From an uncultured Gemmatimonadaceae bacterium (GTDB lineage Bacteria; Gemmatimonadota; Gemmatimonadetes; Gemmatimonadales; Gemmatimonadaceae), in the NCBI GenBank assembly GCA_963843845.1, contig CAWJMB010000002.1, positions 2,080,001-2,144,000 on the forward strand: a stretch of DNA of 64,000 nucleotides, read 5' to 3'. A program made the translations under genes and the position numbers. This document shows, one piece after another, positions 60,967 to 64,000 of the stretch. Position 1 is the first letter of the stretch. Every line of letters starts with the position of its first letter. The notes under the pieces are model-generated. The model had not been told where the DNA came from, did not search any database, and saw nothing but the letters and a program-made list of their open reading frames with translations.

Positions 60967-62762
60967 TCGCCGGCCGTCAGCGCCTCGGTCACGGCGACGC
61001 GCGACTTGAGGTAGTGCCCGATCATCTTGGACGCCATCACCGCCGTCACCGAGCCGTGGTACAACACGTTCTCGAGCATCACGGCGACGACGATGCGCGG
61101 ACGGTCGGCCGGCGCGAAGCCGGTGAACCAGGCATGATTCAGCTCTTTCCCGCTCACCCGGTCGTAGGATCCGCTCTGCGCAGTCCCCGTCTTCCCCGCG
61201 ATGACGACGCCGTCGATGCGGGCGCCCGCGGCCGTGCCCCGAGACGAGACCACCCCCGCCATCGCAGCGCGCAGCCCGACCAGCTGCTCTGGCGTCAGTG
61301 AGTAGACCCGATCACGTTTCGCGGCGCGGCGTGCGATGGTCGGCTGCACCATCGTGCCGTCCTCAGCCAGCGCCGTGTAGAAGCGTGCCATGTTGACGAC
61401 CGTCTGCGCGTTCTCGCCCTGGCCGATCGACATGTTGATCGCACCCGACGCCTGCACGAAGCCGCGCGGATACTTCTTCTGGAAATACTCGAGGGCGTAG
61501 GGGAACTCCGAGCGCGACTCGTTCGGCAGGTCGATCCCCGTCCGCTGATTCATGCCGAGCTTCACGCCGCCGGCGACGAGGCGCGACAGCGTCAGCTTCA
61601 GGCCGAGCTGGTAGAAGTAGACGTCGCACGACTTCTCGATCGCCTGCGACAGGTTCACGTTCCCGTGCCCGCGCTTGTCCCAGCAGCGCCAGTAGCCACG
61701 CCCGAACGAGAAGCCGCCGCTGCACGGCACGTCCATGTGCGTGTCGAGCGTGACGAGGCTGTCCTGAAGCCCGGCGATCGCGGTCGCGAGCTTGTAGGTC
61801 GATCCCGGCGCGTACCGCCCCTGAATGGCCTTGTTGTAGAGCGGGCGGCGCGGGTCGGTGTTCAGCGAGTCGAAATATGCCTTCGGAATCCCGCCGGTGA
61901 ACCGGTTCGGGTCGTAGCTCGGCGCCGACACGAGCGCGAGCACACCGCCCGTCTCCGGGTCGATCGCGACGGCCGCGCCCTGCAGCGAGTCGCCGAAGAG
62001 CGCCGCCGTGAAGCGCTGGAGATCGAGGTCGATGTTGGTGTACAGCGCGGGCCCGGCGATCGGGATCTGATCGTCGCGCGCCTGTCCCGCCTCGCGCACC
62101 ACACGCCCACGCGCATCGACTTCGACGAAGCGATTGCCCTCGCGTCCGCGCAGCTCGGTCTCGTACTGCCGCTCGAGCCCGTTCTTGCCGATGCGCATCC
62201 CGGCCTTGTAGCCCTCGTACTTCGGGTTTCCGAGCTCTGCTTCCGAGATCTCGCCGGTGTAGCCGATGAACGATGCGACGGCAGCGGCGTCCGGGTAGTA
62301 TCGCTTCGGCGCGCTCTGGATGATGAGGCTCGGGAACTCGGTGCGATGCTCCTCGAGCACGGAGACTTGCTGGAATCCCGCGTCAGCGAGGATGACGGCC
62401 GGTCGGTTCGGCGCGCGGTTGAAGCGCCGCACCGCGGTCTCGATGTCGTCGTCGGTGTACGGAATGATCGAGTTCAGCCGCCGCAGCGTCTGCCGTAGCG
62501 AGTCCGCACTCGGCGAGAGCACCGACACCGTGTACCCGGGCAGGTTCTCGGCGATGACCTCGCCATTCCGGTCGTAGATGATCCCGCGCGGCGCGGGCAG
62601 CGGCACCTCGCGCAGCCGGTTCTCCTCGGACTGCATGAGGTAGTCGGCGTGGCGCAGCACCTGCGCGCGGTAGAACGCGCTGGCTAACAGCACGAACGAA
62701 CCCGCGAGCAGCACCCGGGCCACGCGCGAGCGTCGCGCGATGTCGTTCGGATGGAAGCTCAT
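60963..62762 (-). CDS. mrdA: Penicillin-binding protein 2
   Basis: APRGIIYDRNG, PGSTYK (SxxK), SCD (SxD), KTGTAQ; lies between mreD and rodA. Confidence 0.94.
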   Translation of the reverse strand: MSFHPNDIARRSRVARVLLAGSFVLLASAFYRAQVLRHADYLMQSEENRLREVPLPAPRGIIYDRNGEVIAENLPGYTVSVLSPSADSLRQTLRRLNSIIPYTDDDIETAVRRFNRAPNRPAVILADAGFQQVSVLEEHRTEFPSLIIQSAPKRYYPDAAAVASFIGYTGEISEAELGNPKYEGYKAGMRIGKNGLERQYETELRGREGNRFVEVDARGRVVREAGQARDDQIPIAGPALYTNIDLDLQRFTAALFGDSLQGAAVAIDPETGGVLALVSAPSYDPNRFTGGIPKAYFDSLNTDPRRPLYNKAIQGRYAPGSTYKLATAIAGLQDSLVTLDTHMDVPCSGGFSFGRGYWRCWDKRGHGNVNLSQAIEKSCDVYFYQLGLKLTLSRLVAGGVKLGMNQRTGIDLPNESRSEFPYALEYFQKKYPRGFVQASGAINMSIGQGENAQTVVNMARFYTALAEDGTMVQPTIARRAAKRDRVYSLTPEQLVGLRAAMAGVVSSRGTAAGARIDGVVIAGKTGTAQSGSYDRVSGKELNHAWFTGFAPADRPRIVVAVMLENVLYHGSVTAVMASKMIGHYLKSRVAVTEALTAGE

Positions 62763-63247
62763 GCCGGAGCGCGCCCCAGGAGCGGACGGAGAAGAATCAG
62801 TAGCACCACGCCGGAGATCGCCGTCACGGTCGCGGCGAGCGGCGACCAGAGCACGAGCTGCACGAGCAGCTGCGGACCGACGAGGCGACGCTCTGATACC
62901 AGATAGAGGGCGTCGAAGGTCCACTTGCCGACGAAGAAGAACATCGCGCTGAGCGCGAGGTTGTCGGCGAAGAACACGGCCTTGAGCCACGACGCGAGAT
63001 AGGCGACGACGCTCAGTCCGAGTGCGCCGCTCCCGAACCCCGCCGGCGTGATCGCGTCGGCGCCGAGTCCGACGAGAAAGCCGATGAGCGCGGCGAGCCC
63101 CGGGCGCATCCGCACGGCGACGAGCAGCGTCGCGATGACGAGAAAGTCGATCGGCGCCCGCCAGCCGAGCATCGGCCGGAGCGTGAAGTGCAGCAGAACG
63201 AGGAGCGCGAACGCGAGCACGGTCCGCAACGCGAGCCCTGGCGTCAC
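62759..63247 (-). CDS. mreD: Rod shape-determining protein MreD
   Basis: Hydrophobic 162-aa protein, GFLVGLGADA motif, operon position. Confidence 0.85.
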   Translation of the reverse strand: MTPGLALRTVLAFALLVLLHFTLRPMLGWRAPIDFLVIATLLVAVRMRPGLAALIGFLVGLGADAITPAGFGSGALGLSVVAYLASWLKAVFFADNLALSAMFFFVGKWTFDALYLVSERRLVGPQLLVQLVLWSPLAATVTAISGVVLLILLRPLLGRAPA

Positions 63248-64000
63248 GGACGCGGCACCGTCGGGTTGCGCGAGGCGGGCGGCTCGATCGGCGCCGGCAC
63301 GGTCGGACGCGGCACGGTGGGGCGCGGCACGGTCGGGCGCGACGTGGGCGCCGGCACGGTCGGGCGGGCAGCTCGCGGGACGCTGTCGGCCGCCGGGCGC
63401 GAGGGCACCGTCGCCGGAGCGGTGGTCGGCGCCGGCACGGTCGGCTGCCCGGTCGGCGGCACGGTCGGCGGCACGGCCGGCTGACCGGCCGTCGACGGCG
63501 CCGGAATCGGCGCGCCGGTCGAATCCACGAGCGTCGAGTCGCGAGTCGAGTCGAGCGCCGCTCGCCGTGCTGCCATCTCACGCATCGCCGCCTCGCGAGC
63601 GAGCGAGTCGCCCGCCGCCGCGATGCTGCGCGCCGCCGAGTCGGCCGCCGCGGCCGACATCCAGACGCGGGCGACGCCCGAGTCGCCACGCTGTTTCAGC
63701 ATGAGGAACACCGGGCCGACGTTCGCGAGCGACGCCGTCGGCTGGAGCAGATACGTCCGTGCCCACTTCTCCGTCGTCTGGATCTCGCGAATCACGGTGC
63801 CGACCGCGATCCCCCGCGGGTACGTGCCCCCGAGCCCGGAGCTGATGATCAGCGTGCCGGCCTTGAGCGGGCTGCGGAACGGCACGCCGCGCATCTCGAG
63901 CAACCCGCGCGATCCCGAGGACAGACTCGCCTGCACGATGCCGAACGCGGAATCGTTCGGCGTCGTCGCACTGACGCGGAAGTCCGGGTGCGAATACGTG
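63244..64000 (-). CDS. mreC: Rod shape-determining protein MreC (5' end outside the window)
   Basis: IISSGLGGTYPRGIAVGTV motif; upstream of mreD. Confidence 0.88.
   Translation of the reverse strand, partial: TYSHPDFRVSATTPNDSAFGIVQASLSSGSRGLLEMRGVPFRSPLKAGTLIISSGLGGTYPRGIAVGTVIREIQTTEKWARTYLLQPTASLANVGPVFLMLKQRGDSGVARVWMSAAAADSAARSIAAAGDSLAREAAMREMAARRAALDSTRDSTLVDSTGAPIPAPSTAGQPAVPPTVPPTGQPTVPAPTTAPATVPSRPAADSVPRAARPTVPAPTSRPTVPRPTVPRPTVPAPIEPPASRNPTVPRP
63247..63480 (-). repeat. Imperfect coding repeats (PTVP[R/A/P]) in the MreC tail
   Basis: Recurrent GGCACGGT(C/G)GG units, three in tandem at a 15-nt period (about 63295-63335). Confidence 0.75.

Noticed and set aside
63247..63480. Short repeats as a possible CRISPR or non-coding array
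   Set aside because: In-frame coding repeats, no unique spacers, no cas genes.

Overview
Very GC-rich, densely coding bacterial core-genome segment. Gene order and protein style suggest Gemmatimonadota (inference, no search run). It holds about 60 mostly housekeeping genes: acyl-CoA dehydrogenase, recQ, a U32/RlhA-like gene, a branched-chain acyl-CoA/B12 cluster (split atuA, carboxyltransferase, split B12 mutase with isobutyryl-CoA-mutase signature residues, meaB), aspS-phoH-HDIG-ybeY-2xCBS, rlmN, trpD/lexA/trpCFBA, truA, a transaldolase-like gene, htrA, pur genes with psd/pssA, ppdK, tmRNA, dusB, PTS IIA, guaA, lysA, proS, hisS, folC, accD and rodA-mrdA-mreD-mreC. Many essential genes carry 1-nt frameshifts, densest at about 26.7-33.2 kb, which look like long-read consensus errors rather than true pseudogenes. 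I see no mobile element, CRISPR array, prophage or defence island, and no unambiguous new multi-gene system. Best leads: (i) a full-length transaldolase homolog that has lost essentially all catalytic residues and is coupled to an HtrA lipoprotein; (ii) a duplicated 16-bp direct-repeat operator in the lexA promoter that abuts the divergent trpC start; (iii) the ICM-type mutase/AtuA/carboxyltransferase cluster; (iv) many apparently leaderless promoters and two apparent CTG starts.
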